DNA of 64,000 nt, from positions 4,384,001-4,448,000 of the forward strand of contig CBDETY010000003.1 in assembly GCA_965243025.1 (NCBI GenBank). Reading direction: 5' to 3'. Made by a program: the position numbers and the translations under genes. Below, piece after piece: positions 45,278 to 55,559 of the stretch (position 1 is its first letter; every line of letters starts with the position of its first letter). The notes under the pieces were generated by a model. The model saw only the letters and a program-made list of their open reading frames with translations, did not search any database and was not told where the DNA came from. This DNA comes from Candidatus Latescibacterota bacterium (GTDB taxonomy: Bacteria > Latescibacterota > UBA2968 > UBA8231).

Positions 45278-46819
45278 CTACATCTGCCCGCCAACGGTGT
45301 CGAACGGCTCGACGTAATCGATCCGCAACTCCACCGACTGCAGCACCCGCTCCGACTCCAGCGGGGCAAAGCGTCGCTTCAGCACCACCTCCAGCTCGTT
45401 GAGCCCCTCCTGCACGAGGGCGCCCGGCAGGTCGAAGCTGAACCAGTAGTGGGTGTCGATGCGCTCCGGCAGGCCGCCGCGGGCGGCCCCGTACGACACG
45501 AGGCCGCCGTAGAAATGGCTGGTCCGCGCCGGCGATATCTCCGCTCCGTTGAAAGTGAACCCCAGCTCGTCCTCGGGGCAGTACTGAAGGATGCGCACCT
45601 GCAGCTCGACGCGGTCGATCTCGCCGTCCGCTTCCGCCTCCCGCAGTCGGTCGCCGACCAGGAACGGCACCGCAACCTTCGCACCCTCTTTCAGCTCCCT
45701 GGGCAGGTGTCGTTCCGGGGCGAACTCGTCCGGCTCCGCATCCCGCACCGGCACCAGGTACAGCTTGCTCTTGCGCGCGTAGATGTCGGCATCCCCTAGC
45801 TCGCGCAGGGCCCGGTAGCTGTCGCTGTCGTGCGGCCACCGCAGGTCGGACAGGTACGCCCCGTCCGCTCCCATGGCGTGGAAATTGGCCGCGGCCGCCC
45901 GCCGCATCTCGATGGTCAGCGACTTGTGGCGGTCGTCGTACGGCTCGCGGCCGAGCGGCACGTACACCCAGGTCCCGGCCTCGCCGGCCGCGTCGAGCAG
46001 CCAGCGGATGTCCATTTCCGGGCAGAACAGCTGCCCCGGCGGCGTGGGGACGACAAGGTCGACCAGCCCCTCGCGCATCCAGGCGCCCACGTCCATGCCG
46101 ATGCCGAGGTTCTGCTCCTCGGCGGGGTATACCCTCGAGGCGAGGCAGAGCCTCTCCCCCCGCTCCCGCCCGAGGCGGTCGAGCATGGCGCGCACCTCGC
46201 GCACGAACCCGGTCAGTATGCCGGCGTTCTCGCGGGCCCGCTCCGGCTGGAAGAAAACCCCGACGTAGGGATCCATCTCCAGGCCGCAGGGGCCGTAGGA
46301 CATGACCTCCTCGATGAGGCGCAGCCGCTCCTCGCGCACCTCGGCGCGGGCGTAATCCTCGCAGGTGGCCGCGCGCGGATGGCCGCCGCCAGCCTCCTCC
46401 CCGATCATCACCTCGGGATGCTCGCGCTTGAGGCGGCTCATCATGTAGAGGTTGGATTCCGTCGAGGCGTCGTTCATGCGCATGCTGCACAGCACCTGCA
46501 GCCCCTTCTCGCGCGCCCTGTCGACGACCACGCGCAGCACGTCGTTGCCGGCGGCGATCGCCTGCTTGGCGTTCTCGGCCGCCCGCCACCACATCACTCC
46601 GTGGTTGTGCCGGCCCTCGACGTCCCCCCACTGCACCCCCACCCGGGTGTCGTGGAAGAAGGTCTGCCCCGAGGCCAGGCCGTACGACAGGGTGTCGACC
46701 CCGGTGCCGAGCAGCTCGTCGACCGGCTGCCGCAGCTGGTGCAGGCTCATCGGCGGGTCGTAGCGGTAGAAGCTGTAGTGCCGCCCGTCGTTGTAGTAGA
46801 TCAGTTTCGGCTTCTTCAT
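45278..46819 (-). CDS. GHL10-like (glycosyl hydrolase-like family 10) hypothetical protein
   Basis: LIYYNDGRH, GTGVDTLSY, SMRMND, DYARAEVREERLRLIEE, MDVGAWMREGLVDLVV. Confidence 0.7.
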   Translation of the reverse strand: MKKPKLIYYNDGRHYSFYRYDPPMSLHQLRQPVDELLGTGVDTLSYGLASGQTFFHDTRVGVQWGDVEGRHNHGVMWWRAAENAKQAIAAGNDVLRVVVDRAREKGLQVLCSMRMNDASTESNLYMMSRLKREHPEVMIGEEAGGGHPRAATCEDYARAEVREERLRLIEEVMSYGPCGLEMDPYVGVFFQPERARENAGILTGFVREVRAMLDRLGRERGERLCLASRVYPAEEQNLGIGMDVGAWMREGLVDLVVPTPPGQLFCPEMDIRWLLDAAGEAGTWVYVPLGREPYDDRHKSLTIEMRRAAAANFHAMGADGAYLSDLRWPHDSDSYRALRELGDADIYARKSKLYLVPVRDAEPDEFAPERHLPRELKEGAKVAVPFLVGDRLREAEADGEIDRVELQVRILQYCPEDELGFTFNGAEISPARTSHFYGGLVSYGAARGGLPERIDTHYWFSFDLPGALVQEGLNELEVVLKRRFAPLESERVLQSVELRIDYVEPFDTVGGQM

Positions 46820-47120
46820 CGCGCCATTCCCGGTTAACCCCTGGGGACGACAGTCGGCGCCGTCATTCCAGTCAGCTGGACGACTGCTGTTCGGTGCGGG
46901 TTGAAATCGCGGGGCCCAAGCTAACGATTTGCGGCGGCCATGTCGCCCGGCTGGCGCGTCGATGCCCACCCCTCCGCGGACCGCTTTCGCCGGCCCGAAT
47001 TTGTTTGCCAGGATCCCGCGTCCAGTAGTATACTTGCGGGCACCTGATCATTAGTGCAGCTCCCGGCCTCCCCTCCTGCCCCCCTCGGCCGGCAGCTTCA
47101 GCAGGAGTTGTCCGAATCCC

Positions 47121-50100
47121 ATGATTCGCAGGATCGATCCCTCGGAGTTACCCGAGGATCCGCCGGAAGACGGCCGCCTGTCCGAGCCGCCCTCCGCGCC
47201 GGAGCAGCGGACCCCCAAGGCCGGAAATCTGCGGGCCCGCATCGAGCAGATCCGCAAGCTCGCCGCCGCGGGCAGGCTCGATCCCGGCGACCTGCCGGCC
47301 TTTGACGCGGCAGCGGCTCCACCTGCAGGAGCGCCAAAGGGCGGCCCGGCCTACGCGCCTCCCCCGGCGCCGCCACCGCCGGCCGGCTACCCTGTCCGGT
47401 CCTCCTCCGAGGCGTCCGGCCCGGTCCCCATTGCCGACTACATCGACCAGCTCAAGCGCACCGTGGCCGGAGAGTCGATCGTCCACGAGCGCACCATCCC
47501 GCCGCAGCCGGAAGCCCACGCGGAACGGATCGATCACCTCGGTGCCGGAGTTGAGCGGGTCGTCGAAGCCGCCGGAGTCGGCCGCCTCTACAGCCACCAG
47601 GAAGAGGCGCTCCGCCACATCGGCGAGGGCCGCAACGTCGTCGTCGCCACTCCGACCGCCTCGGGCAAGTCGCTGATCTACAACGCCGCGGTGCTCTCGT
47701 CCCTGCTGGCCGACCCCGGCGGCCGCGCCCTCTACGTCTTCCCGCTCAAGGCGCTCGAGCAGGACCAGCACGCCGAACTGCAGTCGCTGCTCGCGGAGCT
47801 GAACCGCGGTTCCGGAGCGGAGCTGCGAGCCGGGATCTACGACGGCGACACCAAGCCCCACGAACGCCGCAAAATCAGGGAGAACCCGCCGCACATACTC
47901 ATAACCACCCCCGACATGCTGCACGGCGGCATCCTGGCGTTCCGCGAAGCCTGGGAAAGCTTCCTCGCCAATCTCCGCTTCGTCGTGCTCGACGAGCTGC
48001 ACGCCTACAGCGGCATCTTCGGCAGTCACGTCCTGCACGTGGTCCGGCGGCTCAACCGCATCTGCGCCGCCTGCGGCAGCGACCCGGGCTACATCGCCTG
48101 CTCGGCCACCATCGGCAATCCCGCCGAGTTCGCCGCCAGGCTCTGCAACCGCCAATTCACCGCGGTCACCGAAAGCGGGGCCCCAGCCGCGGCGCGGCAC
48201 TTCCTCTTCCTCAACCCCCCGGAAAGCCCCAACACCGCCGCCGCCCGCCTGTTGCAGCTCAGCGTGTCGCAGGGTTTCCGCTCCATCGTGTTCACGCGCG
48301 CCCGCGTCGTCACCGAGCTCATCTACCGCTGGGCAACGCAGGCGCGCCCCGACCTGCGCGACCGCATCAGCTCGTACCGCGCCGGGTACATGCCGGAGGA
48401 GCGCCGCGAGATCGAAGCCCGGCTGGTCTCCGGCGACCTGCTCGGCGTGGTCTCGACCTCGGCCCTGGAGCTCGGCATCGATATCGGGGGGCTCGACGTA
48501 TGCGTGCTCGTCGGCTACCCGGGGAGCATCGTCAACACCTGGCAGCGCGCCGGGCGCGTCGGGCGTTCCGGGCGCGAGTCGCTGGTGCTCCTCATCGCCG
48601 GCCGCGACGCCCTCGACCAGTTCTTCATGGCCCACCCGCGGCACCTCTTCCAGCGCCGGGTCGAGAACGCCGTAGCCGACCCCTCGAACCGCTACATCCT
48701 CCAGGACCACCTCGCCTGCGCGGCCCGCGAGCTGCCGCTTGCCGCCGACGAACCCGAGTACGCCATCGACGGCTACCGCGAAGCCCTCGACGAGCTCACC
48801 GCCGCGGGGACGCTGCTGCGCAGCGCCGAGGGCGACGCCTGGTTCGCGGCGCGCCGGCAGCCGCACCGCCTGGTGAGCATGCGCTCCATCGGCGAGTCCT
48901 GGAACATCGTGCACGGGCGGCGGACCATAGGCTCGGTGAGCGGCGGACAGCTCTACAGCGAGTGCTACGAGGGGGCCATCTACCTGCACCGCGGCCGCCA
49001 GTACCTGATCGGCGAGCGCAATCCCGCCAGACGGCAGATCGAGGCCGAGGCGGTCGACGTCCCCTGGTACACCCGGCCCAAGTACGAAAAGGAGACGGAG
49101 ATCATCGAAGAGCTGCGCGCCAGACCGATGCACGGGTACATGGCCAGGCTCGGCCGGCTGCTGGTCAGCTCACAGGTGATCGCCTGCGAGAAGGTGCGCG
49201 TCGGCGACCAGGCCATTCTCGGCCGCCACCCCCTCGAAAGCCCGGTCCAGCAGTTCGAGACCGTCGGCTTCTGGATCGAGATGGACGCCTCCTTCAAGAA
49301 GCAGCTCAAACGCCGCGGCTTTCACCACATGGGCTCCCTGCACGCCGTCGAGCACGCCGTGAAGTCGCTGTTCCCGTTGCTGGCGCTGAGCAAGCAGACC
49401 GACGTCGGCGGCATCTGCTACCCGCTGCACCCGCAGCTGGGAAAGGGCGCCGTCTTCATCTACGACCAGTACCCGGGGGGCATCGGCCTCGCCGAGACCG
49501 GGTACGACATGCTCGACCGCCTGTTCGAGCTCACCCTGGAAATGGTCGCCGGCTGCGACTGCGCCGAGGGCTGTCCCTCCTGCATCCACTTCCCCACCTG
49601 CGGCGCCGGCAACCACCCCCTCGACAAGGCGGGCTGCATCCACCTGCTCGAGATACTGACCGGCCGCCGCGGCCTCGACGAGGAATCGCTTGCGGTCGGC
49701 GCCATCGAGGAGGAGCCGCCGCTGTTCGCCGACTGGGAGCTCGGGAAGGATGGCGAAGAAGAGGAAGAACCGCTCGAGACGGACGGGAGCCCGCACGTCG
49801 TGGTGTTCGACCTCGAAACCCAGCTCAGCGCCGCCGAGGTGGGAGGCTGGAACAAGACCAGCCTGATGCGGGTGTCGTGCGGCATCGCCTGGGACAGCCG
49901 CGAGGACCGCTTCATCACCTACTTCGAGGACCGCATCGACGAGTTGATCGGCCTGCTTCAGAGAGCCGACCTCGTCGTCGGCTTCAACGTCATCGGCTTC
50001 GACTACAGCGTCCTGCGCGGCTACTCCCGCTGCGACTTCCGCGAGCTCAACACCCTCGACATCCTGCGCGAGGTGCACGCCCACCTCAACTACCGCGTCA

Positions 50101-50363
50101 GCCTCCAGGGCCTGGCCGCGGCGACCCTCAACGCCGGCAAGACCGCCGACGGCCTGCAGGCCCTGCGCTGGTGGAAGCAGGGCCGCCTCGACCTCATCGA
50201 GGAGTACTGCCGCCACGACGTCCAGCTCACCCGCGACCTCTTCCGGCACGGCCTCGACAAGGGATTCCTGCTGTTCGACCGCAAGAACGAGGGCCGCATG
50301 CGGGTTCCGGTCTCCTGGGGCGAACAGGTGGCGGCGGCAGCTTCCGCGGCGAGGGCAAACTGA
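47121..50363 (+). CDS. MrfA/SftH-like DEAD/DEAH helicase (DUF1998) fused to a C-terminal DEDD RNase_H_2 (MrfB/YprB-like) exonuclease
   Basis: TPTASGKS, DELH, SAT, SALELGIDIG, QRAGRVGR, CDCAEGCPSC; then VVFDLETQ, GFNVIGFDY, YCRHDV. Confidence 0.88.
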   Translation: MIRRIDPSELPEDPPEDGRLSEPPSAPEQRTPKAGNLRARIEQIRKLAAAGRLDPGDLPAFDAAAAPPAGAPKGGPAYAPPPAPPPPAGYPVRSSSEASGPVPIADYIDQLKRTVAGESIVHERTIPPQPEAHAERIDHLGAGVERVVEAAGVGRLYSHQEEALRHIGEGRNVVVATPTASGKSLIYNAAVLSSLLADPGGRALYVFPLKALEQDQHAELQSLLAELNRGSGAELRAGIYDGDTKPHERRKIRENPPHILITTPDMLHGGILAFREAWESFLANLRFVVLDELHAYSGIFGSHVLHVVRRLNRICAACGSDPGYIACSATIGNPAEFAARLCNRQFTAVTESGAPAAARHFLFLNPPESPNTAAARLLQLSVSQGFRSIVFTRARVVTELIYRWATQARPDLRDRISSYRAGYMPEERREIEARLVSGDLLGVVSTSALELGIDIGGLDVCVLVGYPGSIVNTWQRAGRVGRSGRESLVLLIAGRDALDQFFMAHPRHLFQRRVENAVADPSNRYILQDHLACAARELPLAADEPEYAIDGYREALDELTAAGTLLRSAEGDAWFAARRQPHRLVSMRSIGESWNIVHGRRTIGSVSGGQLYSECYEGAIYLHRGRQYLIGERNPARRQIEAEAVDVPWYTRPKYEKETEIIEELRARPMHGYMARLGRLLVSSQVIACEKVRVGDQAILGRHPLESPVQQFETVGFWIEMDASFKKQLKRRGFHHMGSLHAVEHAVKSLFPLLALSKQTDVGGICYPLHPQLGKGAVFIYDQYPGGIGLAETGYDMLDRLFELTLEMVAGCDCAEGCPSCIHFPTCGAGNHPLDKAGCIHLLEILTGRRGLDEESLAVGAIEEEPPLFADWELGKDGEEEEEPLETDGSPHVVVFDLETQLSAAEVGGWNKTSLMRVSCGIAWDSREDRFITYFEDRIDELIGLLQRADLVVGFNVIGFDYSVLRGYSRCDFRELNTLDILREVHAHLNYRVSLQGLAAATLNAGKTADGLQALRWWKQGRLDLIEEYCRHDVQLTRDLFRHGLDKGFLLFDRKNEGRMRVPVSWGEQVAAAASAARAN

Positions 50364-50368
50364 AGCGG

Positions 50369-50408
50369 CGAACCGGATCGCGGGGCGGGGGCGGCCGGAT
50401 CCGGTTCG
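50369..50408. terminator. Inverted repeat between convergent genes (possible terminator)
   Basis: CGAACCGGATC-N18-GATCCGGTTCG. Confidence 0.45.
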
Positions 50409-50525
50409 ATTGTCCGTCGCCCCAGGGAGGCCGGACACCCCGGGGTGCGGGAAGCTCCGGGTTCCCCGGGGGGGCTCGAGGCCTGCGTGGAAAGGGGCGG
50501 TGCCAGTCGCCTGCCCGCCGCGGCG

Positions 50526-51302
50526 CTAGCGGTCGGCGAGCCAGTCCCTGACGTACTCGATCCCGGCGGTCCCCGTGCCGAGGAGATTGCCCGCCAGAAA
50601 AACAATCCCGTCGATGCGCCCGGATTCGATCCACGTCTCGGCGAGGCGGCACTGCTTCTTCATCAGCTCGGGCGGGACCTCCGCTCCCCCGGAACCGTAG
50701 TCCCACATGTAGCAGCCGAGAAGCTTGCGGCAGTCCGGGGCCATCGCCTCGACCGCGGGGAAGTTCCTCTCGAGATCGACGAGGTTCCTCGCCTCCCAGG
50801 TCCAGTAGGTCACCACGTCGCACAGGTCGAGGTACGGCTTCAGGGGCCGGCCGAGAATCATGTCGTAGACGACCGTCCACAGCTCCAGCTCCGGCTCGCA
50901 GCGACCGAGGGCGTCGCGGCAGCGGGCGAACTCGTCGAGCGAAAGCCGCGCCTGCTCGCCGTCCGCCCCCGGCTGCGAAAGGAAGAAATCGTCGGTGATC
51001 GCCCCGGTGAGATTGGGGCAGTCGCGGGCCAGCTCGAGCACCGGCTCCAGGTCGGAGCCGCCGTCGTTGCGGTCGCTGCTCGTATCGCCGACGATCGACC
51101 AGACGAGCCGGCGCGCCTCGTCGAGGTCGCCGACGTGGGGAGCGAAGGGGGGCTGCGGGAGGTTGTTGAAGACGACGTAGATCGCGTTCTCGATGCCGAA
51201 GTAGCGCAGCGCCTCCCCCGGAGTCGCCGAGGCGGCGGGCAGGTTCCAGCGCCCGTCGTGAGCTCCCCTCGGGTGACACCAGAGCCAGATTTTCTCTTTC
51301 AT
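50526..51302 (-). CDS. Hypothetical protein (possible TIM-barrel)
   Basis: GGAGG RBS, host codon bias; GAITDDFF, GCYMWDY, IDGIVF. Confidence 0.75.
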   Translation of the reverse strand: MKEKIWLWCHPRGAHDGRWNLPAASATPGEALRYFGIENAIYVVFNNLPQPPFAPHVGDLDEARRLVWSIVGDTSSDRNDGGSDLEPVLELARDCPNLTGAITDDFFLSQPGADGEQARLSLDEFARCRDALGRCEPELELWTVVYDMILGRPLKPYLDLCDVVTYWTWEARNLVDLERNFPAVEAMAPDCRKLLGCYMWDYGSGGAEVPPELMKKQCRLAETWIESGRIDGIVFLAGNLLGTGTAGIEYVRDWLADR

Positions 51303-51417
51303 TCGGGGACCTCCTGTCAGGTCGGGTCGGGAATGCGGCCGCTTTCCCCGGAGCCGGGGAGACGGCAGCCTCCCCGGCGGGTGGCGGGCCGGAGGGGCGG
51401 CCCCTTAGCGGTGACAG

Positions 51418-51816
51418 CTATCCCGGCAGTTCCTGCAGTTCCGGGGGCAGGCCGATCCTGCCGTCGATCACGCCGGTGCCGGTTATGACCGCCTGCAGCA
51501 CCCGCTCCCGTCCCGGCAGCCTGACGATCTCCTGCAGGAACTGGAAGCGGACCCGCCGCTGGCGGCGCATCCGCGAGCGCACGACGAAGCGGTCGCCGCT
51601 GCGCAGCGGGCCCTCGTAGTCGATCTCGGAGCGCGTGACCACGAGGTCGCAGCCGCGCTCGTGCAGGGCGGCGAAATCGATGCCGAGGCTCTTCAGATGC
51701 CGGTGGCGGGTGTGCTCCAGGTAGTTGAGGTAGACGGCGTTGTTGACGATCCCCTGCAGGTCGCACTCGTAGTCCCGCACCTCGAATTCCAGCTCGTAGC
51801 AGCCGTTCCCGGTCAT
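51418..51816 (-). CDS. Acyl-CoA thioesterase (YbgC/4HBT hotdog family)
   Basis: VRDYECDLQGIVNNAVYLNYLEHTR. Confidence 0.9.
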   Translation of the reverse strand: MTGNGCYELEFEVRDYECDLQGIVNNAVYLNYLEHTRHRHLKSLGIDFAALHERGCDLVVTRSEIDYEGPLRSGDRFVVRSRMRRQRRVRFQFLQEIVRLPGRERVLQAVITGTGVIDGRIGLPPELQELPG

Positions 51817-52050
51817 TCTGCCGCACCCGTTTCTGGCGTTTTGCACCGGTTGTAGATCGATGCCGGTCAAGTTATCTTGCTGCTCCCTCGGGGCAAGAGA
51901 GAAACCTCCGGACGGCCAGCCAACCGCGGCGCCGGCCCGCCGGGAATCCTCGCCGCCCCCGCCTGAGCACGGGAACAGGCAGCCTGACGCGGCGCGACGT
52001 GCCCGCTGCTCCGCCGCCTCCCGAAAACTGAAAGGTCACCGCGCGCCGCC

Positions 52051-53007
52051 ATGCGGATTTCCATCTGGGGCGATACCTCCGAAAGCCACCTGCGCAGAGC
52101 CTCGCAGCTCGGGGTCGACTGCCTCGACTTCGGCGGCGGCGACTGGTTCCCCGGCGTAAAGGAGCAGGGCTACCCCGACCTCGACGAGGTCGTCCGGATC
52201 CGCCGCAGGATCCGGTCCTGGGGAATGGACATCAACCGCGTCACCCTTCCCGACATCACCGGGGAGTTCATGAAGGACCGGGACGGGGCCGGGAAGGAGC
52301 TGGAAAACAGCTGCCGGGCGCTGCGGGTGTTCGCCGAAGCGGGAGTCCCGATCGCCAGACAGCGCGTCGCCGGAGACACCTTCCCGGGGGTGATGACCCG
52401 CTACCGCTCCAAGCACCGCGGCGGCTACGAATCGCGCGGGGAAAGCCTGGCGATGACCCGCAATCCGCCCCCTCCGCCGGCGCCGGAAGAGCTCGATTAC
52501 TGGTGGGAAAGGTTCTGCATCCTGTACGGGGAGCTTGTTCCCATCGCCGAAGAGACCGGCATCAGGCTGGCAATGCACCCGTCGGACACGCCGAACGCCG
52601 ACACCCCGCTCGGAGGCCTCGGCTTCCACCGGGTCATCGACGCCTTTCCGAGCCCGCAAGTGGGGTACCTCTACTGTTGCGGCACCCGCGCCGAGGCCGG
52701 CGGCGGACCGCTGATCATGGACGAGATCCACAACTACGGGCGCAAGGGGCGCATCTTCATGGTCCACCTGCGCAACGTGCGCGGCTCGCTGGCGACGGCG
52801 GGCGCCTTCGAGGAGGTGCTCCTCGACGACGGCGACATCAACATGTTCAAGGTGCTGCTCGAGCTGAAACGGCACGGCTTCGACGGCTGTCTCAACCCCG
52901 ACCACATCCCCGAACTCGAGGGAGACGGCGGCGGCGGCCGGCACGGACTCGCCTACTCGGTCGGCTACATCAAGGCGCTGCTGGCGGCCCTCGCGGCCGT
53001 GGCCTGA
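52051..53007 (+). CDS. uxuA: Mannonate dehydratase family protein
   Basis: LAMHPSD, CCGT, FMVHLRNVRG, FEEVLLDDGD, PDHIP, AYSVGYIKALL. Confidence 0.75.
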   Translation: MRISIWGDTSESHLRRASQLGVDCLDFGGGDWFPGVKEQGYPDLDEVVRIRRRIRSWGMDINRVTLPDITGEFMKDRDGAGKELENSCRALRVFAEAGVPIARQRVAGDTFPGVMTRYRSKHRGGYESRGESLAMTRNPPPPPAPEELDYWWERFCILYGELVPIAEETGIRLAMHPSDTPNADTPLGGLGFHRVIDAFPSPQVGYLYCCGTRAEAGGGPLIMDEIHNYGRKGRIFMVHLRNVRGSLATAGAFEEVLLDDGDINMFKVLLELKRHGFDGCLNPDHIPELEGDGGGGRHGLAYSVGYIKALLAALAAVA

Positions 53008-53023
53008 GGTTCCGGCTCCTCCC

Positions 53024-54220
53024 TTGCCCCCCCGCAAGCGCATCGCCGCGGTCATAACCCAGTTTTTCCGCGGCTCCCACGCCGACGTTCTGGTCGACAA
53101 GTTTCTCAAGGGCTTCCCGACCGACGACGGCCTGATCGCGCCCCGGGTCGAGGTCGCCTCGATGTACATCGACCAGTTTCCCGACACCGACATCGGCAGG
53201 GGTATCGCCGCCGAGCACGGGGTCCCCATTTACCACAGCATTCCCGGCGCCCTGACGCTGGGAGGCGATTCCCTGGCCGTCGACGGCGTGCTGCTGATCG
53301 GCGAGCACGGGGACTACGCCTGGAACGAGAAACAGCAGCACCTTTTCCCGCGGCGCTATTTCATGGAGCAGATCTGCGGCGTCATGGCGACCAGCGGGCG
53401 CGGCGTCCCGGTCTTCAACGACAAGCACCTCTCCTGGAACTGGCACGACTGCCGCTGGATGTGCGAGCGCGCCGCCAGCCTCGGCGCGCCGCTGATGGCC
53501 GGCTCCTCGCTGCCGGTGGCCTGGCGCAGCCCCTGGCTCGAGCACGAGAAGGGGGTGGAGCTCGAGGAGGCGCTGGCGGTCGGTTTCTCCGGGCTGGACA
53601 TCTACGGGTTCCACACCCTCGAGGCGCTGCAGTGCATGGTGGAACGCCGCCGCGGCGGGGAATCCGGGGTCGCCGCGGTCACCTGCTTCGAGGGGGACGC
53701 CGTCTGGGAAGCGGCCGAACGGGGGGTGTGGTCGCGCGAGCTGGCCGAGGCCGCCTGCGCCGCGATTCCCGACAAGCCCGAGGGCGGCATGGAGGAACAC
53801 TGCCCCGACCCGGCGCTGTTCAGCGTCGAGTACCGCGACGGCCTCAGGGGGTCGGCGCTGATGCTGAACGGCTACGTCACCGACCTCGCCTACGCCGCCC
53901 GCCTCGGCGACGGCGGCGTAGAAGCCTCCGAGTTCCACTGTCAGGGCCACGGCGGCAACGGCGTGCACGCCCATTTCAGCTACCTCGGCCTCAACATCGA
54001 GGAGATGTTCGTCAGCGGCCGTCCCACCTGGCCGGTGGAGCGCACCCTGCTTACGAGCGGGGTGCTCGAAGCGGCGTTGACGTCCCGCCACGAGGGGTAC
54101 CGCCGGCTCGAGACCGGCTGGCTCGACGTCGCCTACGAATCGTACGACCAACTGCCCTGGCGGCCCCTCGGGCCGCGGCCGGCCGGCGCCTGCCTCGACC
54201 CCTGGCCGCCCCCGGCCTGA
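53024..54220 (+). CDS. Conserved hypothetical protein (oxidoreductase-like), paralogue 1
   Basis: TTG start; RIAAVIT...SHAD, IGEHGDY, FNDKHLS, AGSS, YGFHTLE, PVERTLLTSG. Confidence 0.8.
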   Translation: MPPRKRIAAVITQFFRGSHADVLVDKFLKGFPTDDGLIAPRVEVASMYIDQFPDTDIGRGIAAEHGVPIYHSIPGALTLGGDSLAVDGVLLIGEHGDYAWNEKQQHLFPRRYFMEQICGVMATSGRGVPVFNDKHLSWNWHDCRWMCERAASLGAPLMAGSSLPVAWRSPWLEHEKGVELEEALAVGFSGLDIYGFHTLEALQCMVERRRGGESGVAAVTCFEGDAVWEAAERGVWSRELAEAACAAIPDKPEGGMEEHCPDPALFSVEYRDGLRGSALMLNGYVTDLAYAARLGDGGVEASEFHCQGHGGNGVHAHFSYLGLNIEEMFVSGRPTWPVERTLLTSGVLEAALTSRHEGYRRLETGWLDVAYESYDQLPWRPLGPRPAGACLDPWPPPA

Positions 54221-54231
54221 GCGCGACCGCC

Positions 54232-55428
54232 ATGCCTGCGAAGAAGAAAATCGCCGCGATCGTCTCGGAGTACCGGCCCCGCTCTCACGCCGACGTCATC
54301 GTCTCGAAATTCCTCAGGGGCTTTCCCACCGACGACGGCTGGATCGAGCCGCGGGTGGAGATCGCCTCCCTCCACTTCGATCAGCCCGGCAACAGCGATC
54401 TCGGCCGCGAAATGGCGGCCGCCCACGGCGTACCGATCTTCGACGTCATGATCGATGCCCTGACCCTGGGGGGCGACCGGCTGGCCGTGGACGGGGTCCT
54501 CAGCATCTGCGAGCACGGCAAGTACGCCTGGAACGAAAAGGAGCAGTACCTGTATCCGCGGCGGCACTTCATGGAGCAGATCTGCGGCGTCATGGCGGCC
54601 AGCGGCCGCGCCGTTCCGGTGTTCAACGACAAGCACCTGTCCTGGAGATGGCAGGACGCCAAGTGGATGTACGACCGCGCCCGCGAGCTCGGGGCGCCGT
54701 TCATGGCCGGCTCGTCGGTGCCGCTGCTGTGGCGCAACCCCTGGCTCGAGCACGACGGCGACGATCTGCGCGAAACCGTGACCATCGGTTTCTCCGGACT
54801 GGAGGGCTACGGAATCCACGCCCTCGAACCGATGCAGGCGATGGTCGAGCGCCGCCGGGGAGGGGAGACCGGGGTTTCCGCCGTCACCTGCCTCGAAGGA
54901 GAGGCGGTATGGGAATCCGCGAGGCGCGGGGACTGGTCCCGCGAGCTGCTGCAGGCGGCGTGGGACGCCATCTCCGAGAAACCGGCCGGAGACGTCGAAG
55001 AGCTGTGCCCGGAACCGGCGGTGTTCCTTATCGAGTACCGGGTCGGGCTCCGGTCGGCGGTGCTGATCCTGCCGAGAGGGACGGTTTCCGACTGGGCGTA
55101 CGCGGCGCGCGCGGCCGGCGGAGAGGTGACGGCCACCGAGTTCAACCACTTCAAGGCCATCGACCCGATGCAGAACGCCAACGCCCACTTCAGCTACCTC
55201 GGCCTGAACATCGAGGAGATGTTTCTCACCGGGGTGCCGGCGTACCCGGTGGAGCGGACCCTGTTGACCAGCGGCATCCTGGCCGCGGCGATGGACTCGC
55301 GCCACGCCGGGCACGTGCGGGTGCGGACCGACTGGCTGGGCATCGAGTACGAGTCGTACAGACAGCTGCGCTGGCGGCCGACCGCTCCGCACCCCACCGG
55401 GGCTTCGACCGAAGTCTGGCAGCGGTAG
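54232..55428 (+). CDS. Conserved hypothetical protein (oxidoreductase-like), paralogue 2
   Basis: MPAKKKIAAIVSEY...SHAD; same motifs and same length (398 aa) as the upstream gene. Confidence 0.8.
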   Translation: MPAKKKIAAIVSEYRPRSHADVIVSKFLRGFPTDDGWIEPRVEIASLHFDQPGNSDLGREMAAAHGVPIFDVMIDALTLGGDRLAVDGVLSICEHGKYAWNEKEQYLYPRRHFMEQICGVMAASGRAVPVFNDKHLSWRWQDAKWMYDRARELGAPFMAGSSVPLLWRNPWLEHDGDDLRETVTIGFSGLEGYGIHALEPMQAMVERRRGGETGVSAVTCLEGEAVWESARRGDWSRELLQAAWDAISEKPAGDVEELCPEPAVFLIEYRVGLRSAVLILPRGTVSDWAYAARAAGGEVTATEFNHFKAIDPMQNANAHFSYLGLNIEEMFLTGVPAYPVERTLLTSGILAAAMDSRHAGHVRVRTDWLGIEYESYRQLRWRPTAPHPTGASTEVWQR

Positions 55429-55559
55429 GGGCCGCCTGCGTAAAGGAGTCATAGCTTCCGTCCGCGGCGCTCCGGGCCTGCCGGGCCTGCCCCCGCGGGC
55501 AAGAACCAACCAACAGAGGGTGGCCAATATGCACACCCTCGCAGACAAAGGAGAGGGAC

